A DNA stretch of 64,000 nt. Source: Psilocybe cubensis (Eukaryota). Made by a program: the position numbers and the translations under genes. Below, in pieces: positions 26,001 to 38,352 of the stretch (position 1 is the stretch's first letter; every line of letters begins with the position of its first letter). Under the pieces are notes generated by a model. It saw only the letters and a program-made list of their open reading frames with translations, had not been told where the DNA came from and did not search any database. The stretch is taken from assembly GCA_017499595.2 (NCBI GenBank), contig CM039004.1:1116001-1180000 (forward strand), read 5' to 3'.

Positions 26001-29000
26001 TGTCTTCTCTGCCTCTCTGTCCTTTTCTTCTTTTTCTTTCCGTTCCTTCTCCTGTTCCTCCTTTTCTTTTTCCTTTGCCTCTTCCTCTTTCCTCCTTCTC
26101 TCCTTCTCCTCCTCAACCCTAACCCTCTCCTCCTCTTCCTCCCTAACCTTCCTCTCCCTCTCCTCCTCCCGCCGCCTCGCAGCCGCCGCCTCTTCCCGCT
26201 CCTTCGCAGCCAACAGCCCCGCGCCCAGCTCAAAGAAATACGGGAACGGCACGCGCGGGTACACCCACGTCCCGAGATCAACACGCACCTTGGCCCGCGT
26301 GCTCTCGCCCTCGGCCTCTGCCCGCCATTCATCCCACTCGTCCAGCGCCTCGGCGTCTGCTTGTGCTTGTGCTTGTGCCTGAGCCTGAGCGGCGATGGCT
26401 GCTGCGGAGGCAGAGGCAGAGGCGGACGCGGAGGCAGATATGGAGGAGGGCGGGAGGGGTATACCGTGCCCGTGTCCATGCGGATGGACGTGCGCGTGTG
26501 GATGTCGCGGGTCGCTGAACGGCGCGTCGATGGCGTACTCCCCACCCGCACCGACGTTCACGCCAACACCGCTATTGTAAATGTCCCTACTGCGCCGCGG
26601 GTCCTCGAACCCGCCCAGCCCCGCGTCGTGGTAGAAGTTGGGCTCTTGCATGGCTTGCGGCTGTTGAGGCGGCGGTAGCGGCGCGTTGTGGCGGTGGACG
26701 TGCTGCGGTTGCTGCTGTTGCTGTTGTTGTTGTTGTGATGGCATATACGGCTGCTGGCGCTGTTGCTGCTGCTGCTGTTGTTGTTGTTCATGATGCCGGA
26801 TGCGCGCCTGCTGCAGCTGATGATGTATCTCGAGCTCCCGCGCCCTCTCGCGCTCACGATCGCGATCTCTGTCCTTCTCGCGCTCGCGCTCGCGATCCCT
26901 GTGCCCTTCTCTATCCCTCTCCCTCTCCCTCTCGCGCTCCCTCTCGCGCCGTCCCACATGCGGTGCCCCGTACTCGCCACTAGAATGCACAACATGCCCA
27001 CGCGGCGGCGCATCATACCACTGCCCATCATCCACCATCATACCCGGCGCAGGGCCCGCACCACCACCAGACGACATCGACATCGACATCGGCTGCGAGG
27101 TGGGTGGCTGCTGCTGCTGCTGCTGCTGTGGGGCAACACGTCCATGATAATCACGCACGTCCATCATATCGACATCGCGGTCTCTCTCTGCTACAAGCCT
27201 ATCTCTGTCCCTATCCCTAGGATCCCTATGACTGTCTCTGTCTCTGTCTCGCTCCCTGTCGCGTTGTTGTTCGCGGTCCCTGTCACGCATGACGTGATCT
27301 CTGTCGCGGTCACGCTCTCGGTCACGATCACGTGGGTGGCTGTAGACATGGCGCCCTTCCGGCCCGTGGATCTGGAGATGCTGCTGAGGCTCGTCGACCA
27401 TCATCGAATCGCGCTCGCGGTCGTGCATCTGCCCTGAATGCCCATGGCCCAGAGACTGCTGCTGCTGTGAGTGCGGGGGATATGCACCTGGGCGTTGTTG
27501 TTGTTGCTGTTGTTGTTGAGAGGAAGAAGAAGAAGGCGGGGGCGCGGGGTAGTCCTGTTGGGTAGAAGGAGGGGGAGGATAGCCATCGTCTGCTGGTCCG
27601 ACCCCGCGTCGCCCAGAGGGAGTGTACATCTCGCGGGCCTTTATCCTCTCTCGCTCCCTTTCCCTTTCCCTATCATCCCTGTCCTTGCCCACCATCCCCA
27701 ACACACTGCTCCGCCCACTCACCTTCTTCCCCTCCCTCTCCCTCTCTCTTTCTCTTTCCCTCTCCCGCTCACGCTCACGCTCGCGATCCCGCTTATCACC
27801 CATCATCACTGGCGAGTTCACCCTTGACCCCCCACCACCACCACCTCCTCCTCCTCCCTGCATCACCTGCTGCTGACTCGGCGGCGGCGGCGGCTGCAAG
27901 CCCGACACAAACTGCGTGTGGAACTGCGACTGGAACTGGCGCTGCGGCGGCACACCGCCCGCGCTCGCGGGGAGCGACGACGCCGGCACGAGCTGGCCTG
28001 ATGTAGACGGCGACACGGTCGGCGGGGGGCCGGAGGATGTACCAGGCGGCGAGGTCGTTTGTGCGCCTGGTAGTTGCGACGATGATGATGACGGAGGAGG
28101 CGCGCCGCTGCCTTGTGTTTGCGCTTGAGTCTGCCCGGGCCCGATGGACGGCTGGCGCGATTGAGGCTGCGAATGGTCGCGCGAGTGTCCATGTGCATGT
28201 CCTCCAGGACCCATCATATGCTGCTGCTGCTGCTGCTGCGTCTGGTGCGGTCGCCCACCATCATGCGAATGCCCATGACTATGACTATGACCATGCGTAT
28301 GCGAGTGCGAATGCGAGTGCGAGTGCGAAGAATGACTGTGCGCATGTCCCATGGGATGCACATGCGCCTGCGACGGGTGGATGTGCGAGTGGCTGGGGTG
28401 CTGCTGCTGCTGCGCGTGCGGCTGGACGTGCCCTAGAGGATGCGTGAACGGGTGCGGGTTCGACATGCCCCCGCCATTCGCCGACGACAACGAGCCCCCT
28501 GAGGCGGACATCGGCGGCGGTGGCGGCGCAGGTCCGCCTGGATCCTTGCGCGACGACGATGGGGCGGGCGGTGGGATCTGCGACGAGGCGGGCGGGGGCG
28601 GGTAGGAGCCGGAGGATGACGGACGGTGGTGGATGATACGCTCGCGCTCGATCCAATCCCGCTCCTTCTCGCGCTCGCGCTCTCTATCGCGCATATCCCT
28701 CTCTCGCATATCGCGCTCGCGCTCGCGCTCACGGTCTCGTTCCCTCTCCCTCTCCCTCATATCGCGCATATCGCGCTCTCTTAGCAGATCCCTATCTCTC
28801 ATATCCCTCTCCCTCATATCTCTCACATCCCTCATCCCCACATCTCTCACATCCCTAATCTCCCTCACATCCCGCATGCCAATATCCCTCATACCGATAT
28901 CCCTATCTCTCACATCCCGCATATCTCTCTCTCTCATACCCGAGGGTGTACCAGCTCTGACCAACGGCCCGCGATCCCTCTCCCTCTCCCTATCCATGGC

Positions 29001-31059
29001 CGCACTCGAGCTCGACATGCCAGGGCCAATACCCGGACCAATGATCCCAGGCCCAGGCAGAACCATACTCCTCTCCCTCTCGCGCTGGAGATCGCGCTCC
29101 CTTTCACGCTGCGGGAACAACGACGGCGCGGAGGTAGAGGACGGGGGTGGTGGCAGCGGCGAGCCTTGCTGTTGCTGCTGGGCACGAAGGAGCGAGTCGC
29201 TGCGCTCGCGCTCGCGGTACTCTCTCGGTGCGTACTGAGGCTGCGACGACGCAGATGAAGGTGCGGTTGGCGGTGGTGGTAGTGGAGGAGGAGGGGGCCC
29301 ACCCGGTCCAGCGCCGATACCGCGGATATCACGGTCGCGGTCGCGCATGCTCATCTCGCGGAGCTCACGGTCTCGCATCTCCCTCTCCCGCTCGCGCTCG
29401 CGCATATCCCGCAGATCTCTCTCGCGCTCTCGCTCACGCATGTCCCGCTCCCTGTCCCGCTCCCGTTCGCGCTCGCGCATGTCCCGGAGTTCTCTTTCAC
29501 GCATATCCCTCTCCCTCTCTCTATCGCGGTCCCGGTCCCGGTCCCGCTGCATCTCGCGCTCTCTATCGCGGGGCATACCGCCATCGGCATCTCTATCCGC
29601 GCCACTGGAACGCCGCGAGAGAGTGGGTGTGTGTGATTGGCCGGGCGCAGAGGAAGGCGTGGCGGCCGAGTCCGTGCGCCGCGGAGGGGGCGCCTGCATG
29701 CTTGCTGAGCTGGCTGTGCCGGGGATGGTGGTGGAGGTGGAGAGGGGGGGAAGTGATTGTTTTTCGTCTGTAAAAGGCCAGTTAGTAACGGGATGATGTC
29801 GGATGGCGTAGTTGTAACAAGAATAAGAATAGATGTGATATGAAAAAAAAAAAGAAGAGGGAAGAAAAAGGAGATGAGATGGGTTTTTGTCTTACACGAC
29901 TCGAGTCAAAAGAAAGGGCGTTGAGACGGAGTTGAGATATGTCGTGATGGATGGGAGCAAAAGGCAAAAGAAGAGAGAAGAGGAAGGAAGAAAAAAAAAA
30001 AGACAAACCATTCATCAAGAAAGGAGATGGGCCTGAGCCAGGGCCTACGAGCGGAGCAGGCTGAGTGATGGGAGCCGAAGAAGAGTGGCTCGAGGCATTT
30101 GACAGTCTGCGTCTCTGCATATCCCTCTCCCTCTCCCTCTCCCTATGCATATCTCTCATATCCATGGGACCACCAGCGCGCGCAAGAGTGTGAGTGTGAC
30201 GCTGGTCCATCAAAGAAGAGCCGTTGTTGGTCACCCCCGCCGCAGCCGCAGATGATACTCCTCCTGGACATCCTCCCACGTGACCCCCCCAGACACCGCT
30301 CTGCCCCGAGGCAGAGACAGAAGACCCCATATGCGCGTTGCTGTTGCCGGATATGGGCGGGGATACGGCTGGTGAGCCCGCGGGTCCGCCGCTGCCACGC
30401 CCCGGAGAACTCGAAGCGAGGATGCTGCTGCTCTCGTGCATCGCGGCGCGTCCTGGAGGCGAGTGCATCGGTGCTAGGTTTAGAGAGGACGGTGTGGGTG
30501 TTGGAGTGAGCGGTGGGATTCCGCTTCCACGGGTGTTATTGGTGTTATTGGTGTTGGTGTTGTTATTTGTGATTGTGGTGTTGTTGGAAGAGTTGGAGGA
30601 TAGGATAGGACGAGGCGAGGGCGGCGGCGGGGCGTGGAAGGAGGATACGGGCGGAATCTGGGTGGACGAGTGTGATCCGGCGCGGCTGCGCGACGAGGGT
30701 TGATCTCTGTCGATGGACGCATACGGTTTGGGTGAGAGGATGCGGCTGGTGCTTGAGGAGGAGGGGGACCAGAGGGGCGGCTCTTTGGGGTTGACGAGGG
30801 CGCTGAGGCTTGCGCTGCCGGTGGTGGGAGTTGCGGGGGCGGCGGGCGCGGGTGGGTCGGGGCGGGCAAAGGAGTGCGAGTGTGGGTGGTTCCATGCAGG
30901 TGGATGGTGGGTGCCGGTGGAAGAGCGCTGCCACTGCGGGGACGGGGGCGGATTGGGATTGTTGGTGGAAGTGGATGATGTGTTGTTATCAGAGGATGGC
31001 TGGGTCGGCGGTGCTCTCCGGTCAGAGGGCGAGTCCTGGAGCAGCGCAGCGACGTTCAT
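23002..31059 (-). CDS. RXT3: Rxt3-domain protein (Rpd3L/Clr6 histone deacetylase complex subunit-like), about 2,500 aa with a very long low-complexity N-terminus, 4 exons
   Basis: ATG 31059 (MNVAALLQD); introns about 30008-29768, 24761-24678 and 24264-24196 keep the frame. Rxt3-like motifs LGTWVYP, TTILIPSGYIP..RLWGGG, VYTDDSDIFLCAIHSGW, DLRIEVRV, SAAWGTGHDGSAIEI. Upstream are RE/RD, poly-Q, poly-P and His-rich tracts. Confidence 0.75.
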
Positions 31060-32052
31060 GGAAACGGCGTATTTTGGATTAGACAAAGTAAGTCAGTAGC
31101 AAAGGACAAGGCTTAGGCAAGGGGAAACAAACGCAGCGCAAGGCGATGGGAACAACCCGACGGACACTGAATTTTACTTTTACATATTGCAAATGCCACC
31201 GTCGATCGTCAGATCCTTATCGAGATTTCCCCCCTTTTTTTGTGATCGGGCCTCGTCATACCACACGCGACATCCCACCCTCTCTCCACCGACAATCACA
31301 ATCATCCCAACACATATTCTCGTCCCATCTGCGGTCCAGACTCACTACTACGTCCTCTTATAACCGCCATCTCTCTTCTCTCTGGATATCCTGTAACCCT
31401 GATCATCCACAGACTGGTCTTCGAAATCTCTCGTCTCGAGCCTGAAACCTGTCCTTTAATTCCAGCGCGCTGTCACCACCCCGCCTGGTCCTAACACTCT
31501 CAACAAGATCCTGTCACCGCTTCACGTCCATACTATGCCATACCTCACTTAAGAGTCAACCCTGCACTGGCACTGCTCACTTGTAGTTGTACTTCTCGAC
31601 TCCGGGAGCACCCGGAGCGCGGGGCGCTACGCCGTGACACTACACTGTACATTCACACACCCCCAAATCCACTCTTCTAGCCTTCCGGCTTCTAGCTTAC
31701 GAGTCCTTGCCAATGTCGTGCCCAGGGCCCTTGATGCGTAAATACAATCACGCCACGCCACGCTGAGCCCTGAACGCAGCGTCTGAACTCTGAAAGCTGT
31801 CAGCACACCCGTCAGTCAAAAATTAAAAACAGACATGGACATGATCATCATCACATCCAACTCCAATACGTTCGTTATCATTATATCACTATCAATATCA
31901 ATGATTAATATCAACGCCTATGTCATCGCTTTGCCGTTACCTACCAGCGACAGCGACAGAGTCTCTGATAGTGTCTCTGACAACTACTTTATCATCCTCC
32001 AACTCAACACAACCATCTCATTAACCTGTCTCTCTTCGTGTTCTCGCTCTGA

Positions 32053-32086
32053 TTCTCGTTCTCGTTCTCGTTCTCGTTCTCGTTCT
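32053..32086. repeat. (TTCTCG)n microsatellite
   Basis: ttctcgttctcgttctcgttctcgttctcgttct visible at about 32053-32086; a (GATGAAAA)3 repeat follows near 32280-32303. Confidence 0.85.
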
Positions 32087-32658
32087 TGGTCCTGAATCCT
32101 GAAGCTGAGTGTGAGTCGGATCGCAGATCGCAGCTCTGTTCTGACCACTGGAGTAACCTTGACTCAGGACTCAGGACTATACACCGCGCGCTCCGGTTCA
32201 CCCGAATGCGCGTCGATGGCTTTATGTATGTATATAACATCGCATTCACGTTCAACGCTTTCCATCCATGAAAAGACAAGATGAAAAGATGAAAAGATGA
32301 AAATGATTGAACTGATTAATTAAACTCTTATTTCATCGTTGCTCAGGCTCAGGCTCAGCCACAGTTAATAGTGATATAGTGACATATATATCTCATAAAC
32401 ATCAACTGTTAACATTTTCTTTCTATCATCTGGAACTAAACGCGTAATACCCTTTTTGCATTAATTGCATCATATCACATCACATTAACATTACCTCCAC
32501 ATCACAGACTAGCACCGGACTGATCAAATGTAATTCAGATCGTGGATCATGACGCATTGTTCATTGTTAATGTTATCACGTATTATAAACTTATTTAAAG
32601 TGCTTTAGCTATAGAAAAGATTAGACATTATATTACTATTACTATTAGACGGCGGGGA

Positions 32659-32765
32659 TATCGGCGTGGAGAGTCACTAGTCATTTACTACTAGTACTAA
32701 TCATCGCTCAAGTTCGTGTTCACTACTCTACTATCGGCGTGGAGAGTCCAAGTCATTCACTACTT
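32659..32765. repeat. Imperfect ~35-bp direct repeat, 2 copies, 73-bp period
   Basis: tatcggcgtggagagtcactagtcatttactact at 32659 and tatcggcgtggagagtccaagtcattcactact at 32732. Confidence 0.8.
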
Positions 32766-33366
32766 ATCTGTATATAACTTATATCTAGCCTTTTGATTAT
32801 TACAAGCATCTGTAGTAGACTCGCATCAAACGACCTGTAAGAGTAACTAGTTGACTACGATTATGTTGATTTTGCTGAGGCAACCTGAACCACCCCTCAG
32901 ACTGACCCACCCTCCAGAGTCAGCATGACATGCGACAACCTTCAGCCTAAAAGAGCTTATATAATAACGTCTTTCCTTGTGGTAATAGCCTTATAAGCGC
33001 CTTTTATACAGTAATTGAAAACATGCACGGGTATACATTGACATACTCTCTATTGTCCTTCCAAATCGGGAACTTTAATTCCCATAAAAGTAGGTGACCT
33101 GACCGCTTGCAAATTGGGCAAAAATTGTCGAGTCATGCATTCATAATTAAATTTGTAAATTCATCCTACTATTACTCAAATGAAAACTCGGAAGAACATC
33201 TGTGTGAAATTCGCAGGTCCATCTCTCTCTGCCTGTGCACCAAATCATGCTTTCTCAACAGACGGGGTGTCTAGTGCCACTTCACCACTACCACTACCAA
33301 CACCAACACCAACACCAACACCGTCCATTGGGCAAACTGCCCAGTGTATGACGTTATTTAGGGCTA

Positions 33367-35388
33367 CTATAAGAGACCATCCCTTTTCCAAGCCTCACAC
33401 TTTTCTAAGTAGGAAGCAAAGTCCGCGTCCGCACGGGCCTGAGCCGCGTTTGTCGCCCTCTTCCTTGTCTCTTGAAATGTCACGACGGCCGTTTCCAAAC
33501 CTCGAAGCCACTCCGCGTCCACATACCACGACTCCGCCTCAACGCGCCTGAGCTTCGGAAAGACGCTGTCAATGTACTGCGCAGCAACAATGAGCTTTTC
33601 GATGCTCGCGCTCCCAGGGCCATACGCCGTGGCATGCGCATCGCGCCTCCGCTGTGCAACGCTCGTGCTGTCCCAGTTGTTGCTCGGCGGAGTGGGCTGC
33701 GACACGGGTGCAAGATGGAGGACCTCCAAAGAGGGGTGCGTGTAGGGATGTGGCATCCCGATCCGCTCTTTCATGGCCTCGATCGTCTCTGCGGTCATTT
33801 GGAAAGATGTTGGCACTGATAGAGTTTGTAAATTGGGGAAGGCGGGTACGATGTCTTTCATCGAGGTGAGCAGTATAGGCGACTCGAAGGGAGTTTCCGG
33901 GGATGGATACAGCTTGAGCAGCTTAAGATTAGGCCACTTACTTACTGTGCGATCCTGTTCCAGATGACTTATGAGCTCAACGACATTGAGATTAATGCAG
34001 AGCATAAGCTTGCAGAGTCTCCAGCTCCAAAGAAGCGAAGGCAACAACGAGCTTGGTATCAGCAGCTTTAAATCGCGGCACTGTGCTTCGATATTGAGCG
34101 ATGTTAGAGAACCTGTGCTGATTTTGATCGATTGAGCCATTTTCACATGCGACAGGTCGTTCCGATCCGTTTCTTTATTGAAAATGATATTCGTGTCGAC
34201 CAAGTTTGGGGCCCAAAAATCCCTGAAAAAATTGGTAGCAGATCCACTGCTTAAATTGACGTTGAGTGTTTGCAGACTCGGAAAGGTCCATTTTTTATGT
34301 GGTTCGGAAATGCGCTTTTTGCCCTTGTGTTGGCTTGGCCAAACCGTTACGCTAGGAGAGATGATGGAGAGTGTGGTCAAGTTCTCCAAAGCCGTCAGCT
34401 GGGACCAATAGTGATCAATCTCGGGCGCTCTTGAGGAGTTTTTATAGCCTCGAAAGTGGAGCGTTACATCACGGAGTTTGGGGAAGCAGTGCGCATTCTG
34501 TAAATCTAAAGTGTCGCTATATATAGGACCCTCTAGATGTAGACCGACCAGATTTGGGGATCTTGAGGAAAGGATGTGAAGGAACGATGAAACGACAAGC
34601 CCTTCGGTCTCTGCCTCCCATTTTAAGCTAATATTTTCTAGTGCCAACGTCGGCAGCAGAAACAATATGGGGATATGACCAGTGGGCAGGGATACCAGAT
34701 TGACCATCAGATTCCTCAGTCTGGGGAAGGAAATATTGTTGAGCTGCCGGTGCTGTTCAAGAAACAACCAAATTTGAGGGGCGATTTCTGCCTGATTCGA
34801 ATATGGAGTCGCCATGAAGTCAAATTCTACAATTCTCCTTGCGTAAAAATTGAACCGTTCGAAATGTTTGGAGACCAAGACTCCATTCATTATCTGGAAT
34901 GACATAAAGGACCTTCCGAAACTCTAGATGGCAGGGATGTTGCTCACAAATGACTCCGAGAATAGGTTTTCATTGACTACCGAGGGGACCATTCTCAGTA
35001 ATGGCACCCACAACTTCATAGATCGCCAAAGAACATTCATGGCCGGATCGAAGAACTTTTTGCACACTAGAGATACCCAGAGGAGGTTTCTACTGCGAGT
35101 GTTGGATTCTCCGGTGGTATCGTTATCGTTCGGCTCGTTGCCTACCCATCTAAATATCACATCCAGAAGATATTCATTCTGTAAGACTTCTGACTGCGCA
35201 GAAACGGGTTGTGCGGGAAGCTTGCCAGAATCCCTACTCACGATTGACTCTCAGTCAGTAGACGTGAAAAAGAAAATTCTGTTAGCCACTCACCCAGACG
35301 AATTGCTATTATGCAGCAAGTCCGGTACCGGCGGTCCAGATTCAATGAGAGAATCGCCAAACGTTGAGAAATTCCCTGTGTTATCCAT
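33367..35388 (-). CDS. F-box-like/LRR protein (copy 3), apparently intact
   Basis: Probable ATG 35388 with a phase-2 first intron. SAQSEVLQNEYLLDVIF..LLWVSLVCKKFFDPAMNVLWRSM, intron, then an uninterrupted 512-aa exon with FERFNFYARRI and FPxL/LxxLxL repeats. Confidence 0.75.
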
Positions 35389-35826
35389 GAAAACACGGCG
35401 TTGGTTCGCAATTTTCTGAGATGGCGTTGTAAGCGCTCAAAAGAAAGGTGGGCCTGTGCTTACCACGAGGCCCACTTGGCATGTTTTCATCGATAGATAT
35501 CACGCATCTCAAGCTATTTACAAGCCATCAACGTGCAGCGAGTATCACGGCTTCCACACATGTTGAGGTTACACGTAATGGAACGCCTTGCAAAGCTTAA
35601 AATCAACTTGAGAATGTTAAAGTTCAGTTTAAAACTCCGAGGGGACCTTTAGCTTAAGTTTTAACACTGCAGTTTGCACTCGGCTCCCGCTGAAGTTGTC
35701 GATTTACATGACACGCCGTTCAAACATATCATAGTAGACAACCTAAGAGGTAAAAATTGCGCATATATTTACCTAGTATAACACACCACACCCATCTAAT
35801 TATATGCCTCACAATCGCAGAGCGGT

Positions 35827-37766
35827 TTATCTTCCTCCCACCGTGACACTGGCGCTTGAAATCTTGGAGTCGTTTAGCCCATTCGAATCGTTGCAACAAG
35901 TACGATTCGTTTCCCTCCCCCGTCTCCCCGCCTTCTGAAAAGCCATAACACCTTTCTCCAGGGCGCTCAGCCATGTGGTGTCAATGTACCACGATTCTGC
36001 GGATATTACATCTAGCTGTGGAAACTGGTGATCGATGAATTGAGTAATAACCAGAAGTGCACTGTAGTCACTATAGTCTGGACAAAATTTTGTGGGCTTT
36101 GGGCGGGATGGGTTAACACTGGGAACAGCAAGAGATGTGAGGTGGAGTTCCCGCAGATGGTAATGTCGTGCATCAAGCATACGAGTCTCCATTACCTCCA
36201 ACTTCTTTGGATGTGTATTGAAGAATGTCGGAACCGATAGACATTTCAGATCAGGGAACAAGCCTACGAGGGACACAACCGCTGCAAGAGACAATGCGGA
36301 GTTGAAAGAGTTGGGAAAGGTGAACCTGGGATAGAAATGCAGATCTTACAGGTTTGGCCACTTCCACTTTGCTGAATGAAGCGATTCAACGAACAGGAAA
36401 TTGATCACTTCGAGACAAATTGAAAGTTTGCGTAGACGCGATATGGACGAGAATTTCGCGAAAAAGGCGTTGGGAATGATGCTGGCGGCGCACACCGACA
36501 CAATATCGATCGATTGGATGTCTGGAGAGAAGTTGATGATAGCATCCACACAGACGCTGTGGATGCTGAGACTGGCTAATGATGCTGGGAGCAGGGTCTT
36601 CATGCGACTCAATCCAGCAAGACTGGCCTCGTCGAGCGTCAGGTTGAAGTTGAGCAGATGCGACACTTTGATCAGACGAAGAATAACGACAACCGAGTCC
36701 ATGGGCCCTTTGATGTTGAAAGTATCCAAAGAATTGAATACGCATGGTACATAGAATTGTCCTAGATATTCACTGCCGGGAAGGCTTAAACAAAGAGTGG
36801 TGAGGTGTTGCAGATTTGTGAGTTGTGACCAAAGATCAGGGATTGCAGTCATATTTTGCCCCTCTGGACTGAGCTTGAGTGATACCTCTCGTAGCTGTTT
36901 GAAGTCATGCACACGTCTCACATCCAACGTGCCATCAGCCAAATAGCCCTCCAAATGCAGACAAGAAAGTGCGGGAGACAGCTGAGAAAGAACGTTGATA
37001 AAGGATGATGCTACATGCCTATCGAAAGGGTTCGTCCATTTGAGTCGAATGTCTTTAAGAGCTGCAGGCGGGAGAAGAAATAAGATTGGAATGCCGCCGG
37101 GCAGCATTGATGACATATCGATAGTCAGTGTTTGCAGCACAGGAAATAAAATGTTTTCGAGCCGCCGATGATGCGCAAGCAGAGCGCCTAGATGCGATGA
37201 GACTGGGAGACTATTCTTCCCTTTTGCGTGTTTGGGTGTTAGGTTGAAGTGTTGGATTTGTTTTGCATAAAAATTAAAGCGTGAAAGGTCTTCCACCATA
37301 ATGGGACTGTCGGTGGTCTATATTAAGAAGAAGTTTAAACGATGAGTAGAGTCTCACATATGCCAAACGGACTTACAAATATTCCCTCGCGCTGTACAAC
37401 TGAGGGAATCAGTCTTAACAAAGGTGCCCATGAGATCATAGATCGCCACAAGACGCTGATGGCAGGCTCGTAAAAATTCTTGCACGTCAAAGCTATCCGC
37501 AAGATATCTCGCGCTGCCCAACTTGATGGCATAGTCTCTTCCACATTTACTAAGACAGGTTGTGCCGAAGCAAATATCACACCCAAAAGGTCTTCGTTTC
37601 CCAGGACTTCAGCTTGTGCTGAAATACTTCGGGCGCATCTAACCTGTTGTTCAGACATCTGACTGCGGGTGTGGAAATTGAGATCCACAGTTTGAGAGAC
37701 GCTCCCTCTCATTGATTCATCCGACTCAAAGGAAAGAATCGTGCTAGTGGTAGCGTCCAAGTCCAT
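35827..37766 (-). pseudogene. F-box-like/LRR protein (copy 4) with an in-frame TAA
   Basis: SAQAEVLGNEDLLGVIF..IALTCKNFYEPAISVLWRSM; second exon LSRFNFYAKQI..KWKWPNL*DLHFYP (TAA 36346-36348) continues in frame into ORF 35827-36294 (..FIDHQFPQLDVISAESWYID), colinear with copy 3. Confidence 0.72.
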
Positions 37767-38352
37767 GACACGGTAAAACTTTGTGACAAAGGGTATGGCT
37801 ATATCAACAAGCAAAAATTAGCAATGTTATATCGTGCAGCTCTAGTTGTTCTGTCCTTACCTTTACCACTGCCAGTCACTGCTCACCGTCAAGATTGAAG
37901 AAGTTTCGCGCGCTTGCTCGGATCCCCAACAATAATGGCTCGTGCGTGCAAAATTGACTCCGGAGATGTCCGAAATGGGCATTCAATGATGTGTCGAGAC
38001 GCGTCAACTTAACAACATCTTCCTGCGATACAGTCTCCAGTCCTCGACTCATCCTACATATTTATAGGTGCAAAAAAGACGGACGCCAGGCCTATTCCTT
38101 TCTAGTCTCTACAGTCCATTATATGCCCACCAGTACTCTATCACGCCTTACGCTTCGAGTTTTGAAGCAAGCAGCTGTCTCCCCCCACAAACGGCAAGAA
38201 CGGTTCAGCTTTCGAGTTCGATGTTCAACTTCTTGTTTTTGTTTGCAGCAGCTCCTTCTGGTTTTGAATTCTCGCCGACGCACTTAATGTTGTTGCAAAG
38301 AAAATCTATTGACCAAATTGCCTAGCACTAAACCATCTGACTATAATACCCA

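Noticed and set aside
29896-29899. Possible 4-nt micro-exon (gag|TCGT|gtaaga) in the first Rxt3 intron
   Set aside because: GAG is a poor acceptor, inclusion would break the frame, and the direct 30008-29768 splice is already in frame.
23162-31099. Many plus-strand ORFs, including SR-protein-like (RSRSRS) ORFs 28633-29238 and 29347-29796
   Set aside because: Antisense shadows of the GC-rich RE/RD and poly-Q repeats of the Rxt3-like gene; stop codons are simply rare there.
32659-32765. Repeat-spacer-repeat resembling a mini CRISPR array
   Set aside because: Only two imperfect copies, eukaryotic context, no cas genes; a simple local duplication.
36346-36348. Alternative genetic code (TAA/TAG read as Gln) to explain the in-frame stops
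   Set aside because: Conserved genes in the window end in TAA/TAG at the expected positions and contain no internal stops.
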